A stretch of 64,000 bases of DNA from Peptococcaceae bacterium UBA6096 (GCA_002435905.1 DIWW01000024.1:293-64292); one strand, 5' to 3'. Positions 10,031 through 18,218 are shown, counted from the stretch's first letter. The notes: generated from the sequence alone by a model not told the origin. Numbers and translations: made by a program.

Positions 10031-10069
10031 AAAAAGGTGCCACCGATTGATTTTGGAAGCACCTTTTTT
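10031..10069 (+). terminator. Rho-independent terminator
   Basis: AAGGTGC...GCACCTT stem flanked by an A-run and a T-run. Confidence 0.7.
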
Positions 10070-10229
10070 GCGTTTATACTATTCGTCAATCATCTTGCGT
10101 TTGGTAATGCATGAGAAACAGTTGTAGGAATAATAACACCGAAAGGAGCCACGGTTATTTTGATCGGGGCTTTTTGACGATAAAATTTAGTATCGGGATG
10201 GCGATGGGCTGTTTCGAGTTTTCAAACTA

Positions 10230-10258
10230 TTGACAAGCCAGGTCTAATGCAGTAGACT
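10230..10258 (+). promoter_or_regulatory. Sigma-70-type promoter candidate for blaI-blaR1
   Basis: TTGACA, 17 nt spacer, TAGACT. Confidence 0.4.
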
Positions 10259-10300
10259 CAAATTACGGTTTATTCAAATAGACCCAAGGGAGGTCCCCCA

Positions 10301-10660
10301 ATGGAAAAGCTCAAGCTCTACGACGCCGAATATAAATTTGTATCTTTGATCTGGGACAACGAGCCCATCAATTCCACGGACCTCGTCCGTCTCTGCGCAG
10401 AAAAGCTCGGCTGGAAGAAATCCACCACCTATACCGTATTGAAAAAGCTTTGTGATCGCGGCATCCTGCAAAATCAGGATGCGGTCGTCACCGCCCGCGT
10501 CAAACGGGAGGATGTGCAAAAGTACGAGAGCAGCGCCCTAGTCGAAAAATCCTTTGACGGCTCTCTCCCCAAATTTCTGACGGCTTTCCTTGGCGAGCGA
10601 AAAATCACCCAGCAGGAGGCCGAAGAGCTGAAGCAGATCATTGAGGAGGCGACAAAATGA
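10301..10660 (+). CDS. blaI: BlaI/MecI/CopY family transcriptional repressor
   Basis: 119 aa; winged-helix pattern (YDAEYKFVSLIWDNEPINSTDLV...TTYTVLKKLCDRGIL) typical of the family. ATGA overlap with the downstream M56 sensor gene. Confidence 0.9.
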   Translation: MEKLKLYDAEYKFVSLIWDNEPINSTDLVRLCAEKLGWKKSTTYTVLKKLCDRGILQNQDAVVTARVKREDVQKYESSALVEKSFDGSLPKFLTAFLGERKITQQEAEELKQIIEEATK

Positions 10661-12411
10661 GCAGCCTGCAAGGGATGTTTACCACCATTCTCAACATGAG
10701 CATCACCGCGTCCTATGTTGCCATTGGCGTGATGCTGGTTCGAAGCCTTTTAAGGAAAGCCCCGAAGCTGTTTTCCTATGCCTTATGGGCAGCAGTGCTG
10801 TTTCGGCTTGTCTGCCCCTTGTCCTTTTCCACCGGCTTCAGCGTCTTGGGGCTGTTGAATGTGGATTCCCGGAACCCTGCGGGTGTGCTGGAATATGTGC
10901 CCCAGGACATAGGCTTTATGCACACACCGACGGTCCAATCCGGCATCGGCAGCCTGGACGGCGCAGTGAATGCATCCCTGCCCCAGGCCACGCCCATTGC
11001 CAGTGTCAACCCCATGCAGCTCTGGATGGCCCTCCTAAGCCTGATCTGGATTGCGGGCATTGTTGCGCTGCTTGCCTACAGTGTATTCTCCTACCTAAAA
11101 ATAAAAAGGCGGCTGCTCACCGCCACCTTGGTTCAAGACAATGTGTACGTGTCGGATCAGATCGGCACAGCCTTTGTCTGCGGATTCCTTCATCCGAAAA
11201 TCTTCATCCCGGTGGGTGTCGGAGAGGCCGATCTGCCCTATATCCTGGAGCACGAACGCACTCACATTCGCCGAAAGGACCATCTCCTCAAGCCCATTGC
11301 CTTTCTCGCCCTCATCCTTCACTGGTTCAATCCCCTGATGTGGCTGTCCTTCGCCCTCATGAGCCGGGACATGGAAATGTCATGCGATGAGAGCGTTCTG
11401 CAAAGGATGAGCCAGGATGCCCGGCGCGGTTATTCCGGTTCCCTGCTTTCCCTTTCAGTGAAACGAAGTGGGATTTTTGCGGCCAATCCCCTGGCCTTTG
11501 GTGAAAGCCATGTGAAGGCGCGGATCCACAATGTATTGAATTATAAAAAACCGGCCTTCTGGGTCATGGTTCTGGCCGTGATCGCCTTGGTGGTTTCGAT
11601 TGTAGCGTTTTCAACGAATCCCCCCAACGGCGCAACGGCTCCGGATTCATATTCTGGATACGCAATCGACGCCTTAATGGCCAATAAAACACCCTATGTG
11701 GGTGACAACAGCAAAGTGGTTGGACTGATCGACGCCATGCCCTTGCCCAAGGGCATTGTCCGCGACACGGTGGCGCTGCAGACCGGCCATGAGCCCTACG
11801 AAATAACCATCCACTACATCATGAAGGATGCCTCCGATGCCATGGTGAATGGTGCCATCCGCGGAGACACCTTTCAGTGCAATGCGGCGATGCTCTTCGC
11901 CTTGATCGACAATGTGGATGTGATCCATTGCAAGATTGCTGATCAAACCGGCCAGCATGACGGGGCATTCTATGGCTTTTCCTATTCAAGGGATGTGGCT
12001 GAACAATGGCTGGGTGAGGATGTACGGCCCTATAGCGCCAGCGCCGACAGGCTGAAAAAGCTCATCGACCAAATCATCCAAACGCCCATGGAGGCAAACC
12101 TTGCTTCAACCGCCGCCGTGGAAGCACAGGTCGAAGCTTACCTTGAGGTGATCATGTCCTCCCCGATGGAATCTTCAAAATCACAAGACTATATCGACGC
12201 GCATCCCGCTGAGTATGAGCATATCCTGAATCTGGGAGATGAGGCGCTGACTTACCTGCTGACGCAGTTTGAAAAGGGCGAGGAAAATGGCCTGAAGGGG
12301 CACATCATGATGGCGCTGTGCAAAGATCTTTTGGGCGACAGAAACAATGTGACGGATGAGGCTTTGTCGCCGCAGCAATGGTATGATGCGTTGTCTTATG
12401 CCGGGAAATAA
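10657..12411 (+). CDS. BlaR1/MecR1-like M56 peptidase signal transducer with C-terminal DUF4825-like extracellular domain
   Basis: N-terminal TM helices, zinc motif HERTHIRRKD (HExxH), and a C-terminal non-PBP domain. Confidence 0.85.
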   Translation: MSSLQGMFTTILNMSITASYVAIGVMLVRSLLRKAPKLFSYALWAAVLFRLVCPLSFSTGFSVLGLLNVDSRNPAGVLEYVPQDIGFMHTPTVQSGIGSLDGAVNASLPQATPIASVNPMQLWMALLSLIWIAGIVALLAYSVFSYLKIKRRLLTATLVQDNVYVSDQIGTAFVCGFLHPKIFIPVGVGEADLPYILEHERTHIRRKDHLLKPIAFLALILHWFNPLMWLSFALMSRDMEMSCDESVLQRMSQDARRGYSGSLLSLSVKRSGIFAANPLAFGESHVKARIHNVLNYKKPAFWVMVLAVIALVVSIVAFSTNPPNGATAPDSYSGYAIDALMANKTPYVGDNSKVVGLIDAMPLPKGIVRDTVALQTGHEPYEITIHYIMKDASDAMVNGAIRGDTFQCNAAMLFALIDNVDVIHCKIADQTGQHDGAFYGFSYSRDVAEQWLGEDVRPYSASADRLKKLIDQIIQTPMEANLASTAAVEAQVEAYLEVIMSSPMESSKSQDYIDAHPAEYEHILNLGDEALTYLLTQFEKGEENGLKGHIMMALCKDLLGDRNNVTDEALSPQQWYDALSYAGK

Positions 12412-12512
12412 AACTGCCATTACCCATGGCGAAATCATATTTTTACAATATGGCTTGATTTATCCGATTGCCTGTGCCATAATAAACCAAAACCTTGCAA
12501 AGGAGCACGCAA

Positions 12513-12599
12513 AATGTTCTTAGCCATGACCAGCAACATCGCTATTATCATTATTAGCATGATCATTCGTGATCGTGCCATTTTGCGTTGTGCTGGATA
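12513..12599 (+). CDS. Candidate ilv leader peptide 1 (28 aa, Ile-rich)
   Basis: AAAGGAG RBS 8 nt upstream. Encodes MFLAMTSNIAIIIISMIIRDRAILRCAG with 8 Ile, including a run of 4. The stop lies 24 nt before a terminator hairpin. Confidence 0.55.
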
Positions 12600-12622
12600 A
12601 GGGTAAAGGGTATCGACATGAC

Positions 12623-12661
12623 ACCCCCTTGCAGCTGACGCTGTAGGGGGTTTTTTATTTT
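12623..12661 (+). terminator. Rho-independent terminator / attenuator 1
   Basis: CCCCCTTGCAGC-tgac-GCTGTAGGGGG followed by TTTTTTATTTT. Confidence 0.75.
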
Positions 12662-12679
12662 GTAGGAGGAGGGCATCCC

Positions 12680-12805
12680 ATGGATTTGCTGAACTGCACC
12701 AACCGCACAAGCTGCAACGGCCATACCGCCGCCATCGATATTATTATGATCAGCATTACCATTTTGGGTAGTGCTCTTTGGCGTTGCGCTGACCGCGGCA
12801 GTTAG
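12680..12805 (+). CDS. Candidate ilv leader peptide 2 (41 aa, Ile/Leu-rich)
   Basis: AGGAGGA RBS 9 nt upstream. Encodes MDLLNCTNRTSCNGHTAAIDIIMISITILGSALWRCADRGS with 6 Ile and 4 Leu. Shares the ..RCA(G/D) tail with leader 1. The stop lies 21 nt before the second terminator. Confidence 0.55.
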   Translation: MDLLNCTNRTSCNGHTAAIDIIMISITILGSALWRCADRGS

Positions 12806-12825
12806 GAGTTCTTCGGAGCTTTTAA

Positions 12826-12866
12826 GGGGATCCGTCAGCCGGCGCTGATGGATCCCTTTTTATTTT
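12826..12866 (+). terminator. Rho-independent terminator / attenuator 2
   Basis: GGGATCCGTCAGC-cggc-GCTGATGGATCCC (13 bp, one G.U) followed by TTTTTATTTT, 27 nt before the ilvB ATG. Confidence 0.75.
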
Positions 12867-12892
12867 GCACAAAAAATTGAGGAGGAACCCAC

Positions 12893-14545
12893 ATGAAACG
12901 AACCGGAGCGCAAATCATCGTTGATCAATTGTGTGCCCACGGGGCCACCACCGTCTTTGGCTACCCCGGCGGCCAGATATTACCCCTCTACGACGAACTC
13001 TACCAAAATGCCCACCGCATCCAACACGTCATCACAGCCCATGAGCAGGGGGCTGCCCACGCCGCCGACGGCTACGCCCGGGTCTCCGGCAAAACGGGGG
13101 TGGTCATCGCCACAAGCGGCCCCGGTGCCACCAACCTGGTCACCGGCATCGCCAACGCCTATATGGACAGCGTCCCCATGGTGGCCATCACAGGCAATGT
13201 GGCGGTCCCTTTGCTGGGAAAGGACAGCTTTCAGGAGGTGGACATTGCCGGCATCACCCAGCCCGTGGTCAAGCATAATTTTGTGGTGCGGGAGGTGGAG
13301 GAGCTGGAGCATATCCTGCAGGAGGCTTTCCGCATCGCCACCAGCGGCCGCAAAGGCCCGGTTTTGGTGGACGTACCGAAAAGTGTGCAAACGGACACCT
13401 GCGAATCCAGCGCTTCCCAGCCGAAAAAGATGGCTGCCTTGCGAACCCTGCCGGATTTGTCGGAAGCCCTTCGGGCCATACGTCAATGCAAAAAGCCCTA
13501 CATCTACGCCGGGGGCGGCGTGATCGCCGCCGGAGCCGAGGCGGAGCTGCGGGCTTTGTCCCAACGGCTGTCGGCGCCGGTGGGCCTGAGCATGATGGGA
13601 CTGACGGCCATGTCGGCGGACGATCCCCTCAACCTGGGCATGTGCGGTATGCACGGCACCTACGCCGCCACGGTGGCCCAGTCGGAATGCGACCTGATGA
13701 TCGCCCTGGGGGTCCGCTTCTCCGATCGGGCCACGGGCAATGTGAAGGAATACCTGAAGGACCGGGTCATCATCCATGTGGACATCGACCTGGCGGAGAT
13801 GGGCAAAAACGTGGCCTCCCACATCGACCTCTGCGGCGATGTGAAGGCGGTGCTGGCCGCCCTGCTGCAGGCCTTGCCCCCCATGGGCAACGACGCCTGG
13901 CTGGCCCGGATCCAGGAACTGAAGCAGCGGGATGTTTTCCCGGAAAGCCGGGATTTCACGCCGCAAAACATCATCGAAACGGTGAACCGCTTTTGCGATG
14001 GGGATACCGTGGTGGCCACGGACGTGGGGCAGCATCAGATGTGGACCATGCTCTACTATCGTTTTAGGCAGCCCCGGACCCTGCTGACCTCCGGCGGCCT
14101 GGGCACCATGGGCTACGGCTTGGGCGCCGCCATCGGCGGCTGCATGGCCAGGAACGGCCAACGGACCGTGCTGTTCACCAGCGATGGCAGCTTCGGCATG
14201 AATCTCAACGAGCTGGCCACCGCCGTGTCCCAGGAACTGCCCATTGTCATCGTATTGCTCAACAATGGGGTCTTGGGCATGGTGCGCCAATGGCAGACTA
14301 TGTTCTTCGGGGAGCGGCATTCCCAGTCCACCCTGAAGCGCAAAACGGATTTTGTGGCCCTGGCCAAGGCTTTTGGGGCGGAAGGCTTTCGTGCCGCCAG
14401 CCTGTCCGAGCTTGAGGATGCCTTGCAGAAATTGCCGCCCAATGGCCCTGTGGTTATCGACTGTCAGATCGACCGGGACGAGATGGTGTATCCCATGGTG
14501 CCCCCGGGCGGTTCCGTTAAAAACATTTTGACAAGGAGGATTTGA
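12893..14545 (+). CDS. ilvB: Acetolactate synthase (AHAS) large subunit, biosynthetic type
   Basis: 550 aa; TPP-enzyme motifs (GYPGGQILPLYDEL, GPGATNLVTGIA, GLGTMGYGLGAAIG, ..DGSFGMNLNEL). GAGGAGG RBS. Confidence 0.95.
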   Translation: MKRTGAQIIVDQLCAHGATTVFGYPGGQILPLYDELYQNAHRIQHVITAHEQGAAHAADGYARVSGKTGVVIATSGPGATNLVTGIANAYMDSVPMVAITGNVAVPLLGKDSFQEVDIAGITQPVVKHNFVVREVEELEHILQEAFRIATSGRKGPVLVDVPKSVQTDTCESSASQPKKMAALRTLPDLSEALRAIRQCKKPYIYAGGGVIAAGAEAELRALSQRLSAPVGLSMMGLTAMSADDPLNLGMCGMHGTYAATVAQSECDLMIALGVRFSDRATGNVKEYLKDRVIIHVDIDLAEMGKNVASHIDLCGDVKAVLAALLQALPPMGNDAWLARIQELKQRDVFPESRDFTPQNIIETVNRFCDGDTVVATDVGQHQMWTMLYYRFRQPRTLLTSGGLGTMGYGLGAAIGGCMARNGQRTVLFTSDGSFGMNLNELATAVSQELPIVIVLLNNGVLGMVRQWQTMFFGERHSQSTLKRKTDFVALAKAFGAEGFRAASLSELEDALQKLPPNGPVVIDCQIDRDEMVYPMVPPGGSVKNILTRRI

Positions 14546-14547
14546 AC

Positions 14548-14808
14548 ATGAACAAGTTTACCATCGAATTGCTGGTCGCCAACCGTTACGGAGTCCTCAA
14601 CCGGATCACCGGACTCTACACCCGGCGATGCTTCAACATCGACGGCATCCATTCCTATGAAACCACCCATCCCGACCAAACCCGGGTGCTGATCTCCTCC
14701 ACGGGGGATGAATACATCCAGACTCAAATGGTCCGCCAGCTGGCCAAGCTGTACGACGTCCTTTCGGTGTCGCTGCGGACGGACTCGGCTATGGCCCAGG
14801 CCGAGTGA
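14548..14808 (+). CDS. ilvN: Acetolactate synthase small (regulatory, ACT-domain) subunit, short form
   Basis: ACT pattern [24 protein letters not shown]. Lies immediately after ilvB (ATG 14548, AGGAGGA 7 nt upstream). Confidence 0.85.
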   Translation: MNKFTIELLVANRYGVLNRITGLYTRRCFNIDGIHSYETTHPDQTRVLISSTGDEYIQTQMVRQLAKLYDVLSVSLRTDSAMAQAE

Positions 14809-14824
14809 AGGGGGAGAGGATTCG

Positions 14825-15777
14825 ATGCTGACCTTGGACCGAATCTACCAGGCGGCCCACACGCTGAAGGGCACCCTGCGGCGGACTGATACGATTTTAT
14901 GCAACAACCTCACACCCGATTGCACGCTGTATCTGAAAACGGAGAACCTGCAAAACACCGGATCCTTCAAGGTGCGGGGGGCGGCCTTCAAGATGGCCAT
15001 GCTGTCGGAAGCGGAAAAGGCCAAAGGCGTTATCGCCTGTTCCGCCGGCAACCACGCTCAGGGCGTTGCCTTAGCCGCACAAAAGGCGGGCATCCAAGCC
15101 ACGATTTTTGTGCCCAGCATCGCGCCTCTTTCGAAAATCGAAGCCACCAAACGGATGGGGGCGGAGGTGCGGCTCATCGGACGGGGTCTATGACGACGCC
15201 TATGAAGCCGCGGTGGCCTGGCAGCAGGCCCAGGGCGGGATTTTCATCCATCCCTTTGACGATGAGGATGTGATCGCCCGGCGTCACGACCTATGACCTG
15301 TGTCGTCAATATGTGGATGAGATCGTCACCGTCACCGATGATGAGATTGCCACAGCGATCCTGACCCTGATGGAAAAGCAGAAGCTGGTGGCCGAGGGGG
15401 CCGGCGCGGTGGGGGTGGCGGCGGTGATGTTCAACAAGCTGCCCATTGAAGGCAAAAAGGTGTGCGCCATCCTGTCGGGCGGCAACATTGACGTAAACAT
15501 CTTATCCCGGGTGATCCACCGGGGCCTTCTGACCACCGGCCGCCGGTCGGAGCTGACAATCCAGATGCTGGACAAACCGGGGCAGCTGAAGGGGGTTTCG
15601 GCCATCATCGCGGGGCTGGGGGCCAACGTGACGAAGGTGATCCACGATCCCGGCGGCGAGAACACGGACATTGCCGGCTGCACCTTGCATATTTCTATGG
15701 AAACGAAGCATAAGCAGCATTTTCGGGAGATCACCCAGGCCATCAGGGAGGCGGGGTATTTCGCCACGGAGGGATAA
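14825..15777 (+). pseudogene. ilvA: Threonine ammonia-lyase (ilvA/tdcB type), disrupted by a 1-nt frameshift near 15180 and an internal out-of-frame deletion near 15275-15285
   Basis: The N-terminus carries the PLP lysine motif (TGSFKVRGA) in frame 2 and stops at 15193. Continuation ..[32 protein letters not shown] is in frame 0. The C-terminus PGVTTYDLCRQYVDEIVTV...ACT domain is in frame 1. About 100 aa (GQGT.. through the tetraglycine loop) are missing. Confidence 0.8.
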
Positions 15778-15835
15778 ATTCTACCGTATCGGCATAAACC
15801 GAGTCTGTGATTGATCAAGTGAATACGGAGCAAAC

Positions 15836-15872
15836 GAAAACCGGCTGACAGCATTGTGGCAGCCGGTTTTCT
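15836..15872 (+). terminator. Rho-independent terminator
   Basis: AACCGGCTG.CA...TG.CAGCCGGTT stem followed by TTTT. Confidence 0.65.
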
Positions 15873-15933
15873 GATACAAAGGCAGTAATTCGGCAAGATT
15901 TATCGATTAGAAGCTACGTTGTTTCATAAATAA

Positions 15934-15962
15934 TTGCATTGCATCAATTGTAATGATATAAT
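15934..15962 (+). promoter_or_regulatory. Sigma-70-type promoter candidate
   Basis: TTGCAT, 17 nt spacer, TATAAT, overlapped by a TTGCATT / AATGCAA inverted repeat. Confidence 0.5.
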
Positions 15963-15992
15963 GCAAATCTCAGCGAAATAATGAGGTGAACT

Positions 15993-16961
15993 ATGACAAT
16001 CGAAGACTATCTGGAACAAGTCTTTAGAGAAAAATATACAGTTCAACAGTATTCTCAAACCGATAGCCTTCCGCTATTCTTGAGGAATGAATATTTGTTT
16101 TTTGAATGCAAAATCCACGGCGTTCAATGTGTTCTATTAAAAATGCAAACGGAGCGGATCCTAGCGGATAAAATTATGAAGCACATGAGCAAGCTAAGGG
16201 AACTGGGCATCGAGAGATCAGTCCTGATTTTTGATGACATGCGTCCGTACCAGAGAAAAAACCTGGTGCACAACCGAATCCCTTTTATTGTCCCCGGCAG
16301 ACAAATTTATTTGCCCTTTATTTGTCTCGATTTCAATGAAACCATTACCTTAAAGCAGCCAAGGATCGAAAAATTCACGGTTACGATGCAATGCGTTTAT
16401 ATTGCGATTTTGAAGCAAAAAAGCGATGATGTTAAAACCGGTGAATTGCGCAAGAAGCTAGGTATATCCACAGCATCGACTAGCCGGACGCTTCGGCAGC
16501 TTGCATCCATGGGATTGGTTAAAGAGCAGGGAAAAGCGACCAGAAAGCAGTATCAAAGGATTTCCAGAAAAGAGTTTTGGGAAAAAGGGAAATTGTATTT
16601 GATGGATCCGGTTCAAAAAACCATCTATGTCGCAAAGCTGCCGGAACATATCAAAGCCTTTTTTTCTAAAGACAGTGCATTAGCCAAGCTGTCCATGCTC
16701 AGCGAACCGAGCCATATCTCTTATGCCATCAGCAAGGCGTCTTTTGCTGAAATTCCAGCAGAAGACATAATGCAAATGGACGAAATTGATGAACACCTTC
16801 AGTTTTGTGAATTGGAAATCTGGAAATACGATCCGGCACTGTTTGCCCAGAACGATGTTGTTGATGTGTTTTCCCTCTATTCGGAGTATCCGGAACATGA
16901 AGACCCTCGTGTTGAAATCGAACTCGAGGCTATTTTGAAGGAGGTGCTATGCGAGGTTTAG
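15993..16961 (+). CDS. Hypothetical DNA-binding protein with central MarR-like winged helix (possible type IV TA antitoxin-like component)
   Basis: 322 aa; wHTH segment GELRKKLGISTASTSRTLRQLASMGLVKEQG. GAGGTGA RBS. Its stop overlaps a short ATG-initiated ORF (MRGLGVFREHF...) that terminates after 28 codons. Confidence 0.55.
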   Translation: MTIEDYLEQVFREKYTVQQYSQTDSLPLFLRNEYLFFECKIHGVQCVLLKMQTERILADKIMKHMSKLRELGIERSVLIFDDMRPYQRKNLVHNRIPFIVPGRQIYLPFICLDFNETITLKQPRIEKFTVTMQCVYIAILKQKSDDVKTGELRKKLGISTASTSRTLRQLASMGLVKEQGKATRKQYQRISRKEFWEKGKLYLMDPVQKTIYVAKLPEHIKAFFSKDSALAKLSMLSEPSHISYAISKASFAEIPAEDIMQMDEIDEHLQFCELEIWKYDPALFAQNDVVDVFSLYSEYPEHEDPRVEIELEAILKEVLCEV

Positions 16962-17284
16962 GTGTTTTTAGAGAGCATTTTATCGGCAATTCTATTGAAC
17001 GAGGAATACTATCGTTTTTTACGGGAAGGCCGTAGTGGCAGTTGCATTCAGGATCTTTGTGTAAGCGCCCGATTATACCTTGAAAAGCAGACTGTTTTAT
17101 TGCAAAAAGATGTGGGCGACTCGATCTTAACCAGCTTAATCCACTTATACGTCAAACGCAAAAGGGCCGTGCTGAAACTAATGAAGTTTCAACACGGCCC
17201 CCTTCTATTCCTTATAAACAAAGAGATGAGGGCTATTGCGTCTGGAGCCCATCGGGTCATTTTATAAGGTATGATGATCAACCA

Positions 17285-17505
17285 TTAAAACTTATTGATT
17301 TCCATTTCCAGACGCTTCATGCAATCCATGATTTCATTGAAGTGTGGTTTTGCGCCAAAGATCATATTTTGCATATGCGCATAGTCATCCTCCAGCAAAC
17401 CCAAAAGTCTTTTTCCACGATACCCTCGCTTATACCACACTTGGCGGCTGTATTGCGAAGCAAAATTTCTCGTTCTACGGTCGACAAACCGCCAATTCTC
17501 TTCAT
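17285..17505 (-). pseudogene. Remnant of AbiEii/AbiGii-family nucleotidyltransferase toxin (N- and C-terminal ends only, joined out of frame)
   Basis: ATGA overlap with the upstream AbiEi-like gene. N-terminal MKRIGGLSTVEREILLRNTAAKCGISEGIVEKDFWVCW, then a frame break. A second frame reads LLEDDYAHMQNMIFGAKPHFNEIMDCMKRLEMEINKF*. Total 221 nt versus roughly 0.9 kb expected. Confidence 0.55.
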
Positions 17506-18122
17506 CGCGTTTCCTCCTGTCGGCAGATGTCCTTCACAATTTCAAAAATCCAGGCTGTGCCAAACTGCGTTTCCTGTAGAAGCGCAGTTTTTTCGTTTTC
17601 GGACAGCATTTTTTTCAGCTTTCTGATCATATCGTTAGTGATGGTATGCTCGCCCAATGCCTTGAGCGCTTGAATCACAAGGGCGGATTTATAGGAAACG
17701 CCGGTGATGTCCTTATTGGATGTGTGTTTGAATTTCAACAGACAGGAACCGATGCTGTACTCCCGGTATGGGCCGTCGCTGACATATTGCCAAACAGCCG
17801 GAACCTGTGTGGACAGGCCCAGCATATTCAGGGCTGTATCTCCGCAGGGAACAATGGACCAGCGGAAGTTTCTGGCGATCGCTTTTGCGATGTTCTCCAT
17901 TTTGGGGGCAGCGTATTCCTGCAACAGCTCGCTGTATCGGGGGAGATCGTAGAGCCCGCGAATAATGCGGCGTATTTTTTTTTCGTCTGCCAGTCTGGAT
18001 AGCGCTTTGTTGACTGTTTGAGTGTCGGCGATGTCCAGAAAGTCGGCGGTGATAAACACCACATCGGAAGGGGCATCCATCATGCGGTTTTCAATTTGTT
18101 TCATGTAGTCCGGTCTGCTCAT
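17502..18122 (-). CDS. AbiEi-family (DUF6088-like) type IV toxin-antitoxin antitoxin/transcriptional regulator
   Basis: 206 aa; N-terminal pattern FITADFLDIADTQTVNKALSRLADEKKIRRIIRGLYDLP is typical of AbiEi wHTH. GAGGTGA RBS. Confidence 0.65.
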   Translation of the reverse strand: MSRPDYMKQIENRMMDAPSDVVFITADFLDIADTQTVNKALSRLADEKKIRRIIRGLYDLPRYSELLQEYAAPKMENIAKAIARNFRWSIVPCGDTALNMLGLSTQVPAVWQYVSDGPYREYSIGSCLLKFKHTSNKDITGVSYKSALVIQALKALGEHTITNDMIRKLKKMLSENEKTALLQETQFGTAWIFEIVKDICRQEETR

Positions 18123-18133
18123 AAGATCACCTC

Positions 18134-18218
18134 GTCAGAAAAATTATACAATAATTCTGACCAAAAATGCAAGAGTACGAAGCGTTTAGTCAGAAAAATA
18201 ATATTGTTTTTCTGACTA
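18134..18218. promoter_or_regulatory. Two inverted repeats of a GTCAGAAAAA motif (candidate AbiEi operator)
   Basis: GTCAGAA-N14-TTCTGAC (18134-18161) and TAGTCAGAAAAA-N8-TTTTTCTGACTA (18187-18218), directly upstream of the AbiEi-like gene. Confidence 0.5.

Noticed and set aside
10641-11390. 249-aa alternate-frame ORF at the start of the blaR1-like gene
   Set aside because: It overlaps the M56 sensor gene out of frame. Its Arg/Pro/Cys/His-rich translation lacks features, and the blaR1 frame carries the TM helices and HExxH.
12435-12710. 91-aa minus-strand ORF in the ilvB upstream region; T-box or riboswitch also considered there
   Set aside because: The region is better explained on the + strand by two SD-ORF-terminator units. 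I found no T-box sequence (..GGTGGTACCGCG-like), specifier-loop architecture or other riboswitch core by eye. A covariance-model scan would be the decisive check.
12980-14320. 446-aa ORF on the minus strand (plus 12921-13523, 13486-14067 and others) inside ilvB
   Set aside because: It is antisense or alternate-frame to a strongly conserved AHAS large-subunit gene in roughly 60% GC DNA. The translation is low-complexity (G/H/A/P/Q-rich), with no RBS or recognisable motif. This is a typical high-GC shadow ORF.
15306-15896. 196-aa minus-strand ORF over the ilvA 3' part
   Set aside because: The + strand encodes an obvious threonine-dehydratase C-terminus and ACT domain. The minus-strand product has no recognisable features.
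16962-17267. 101-aa ORF (and the 28-codon MRGLGVFREHF.. ORF) downstream of the 322-aa wHTH gene as a functional toxin
   Set aside because: There is no RBS for the 101-aa frame and no recognisable domain. Its 3' part is a GC-rich terminator-like palindrome. It is treated as possible decayed sequence, not a gene.
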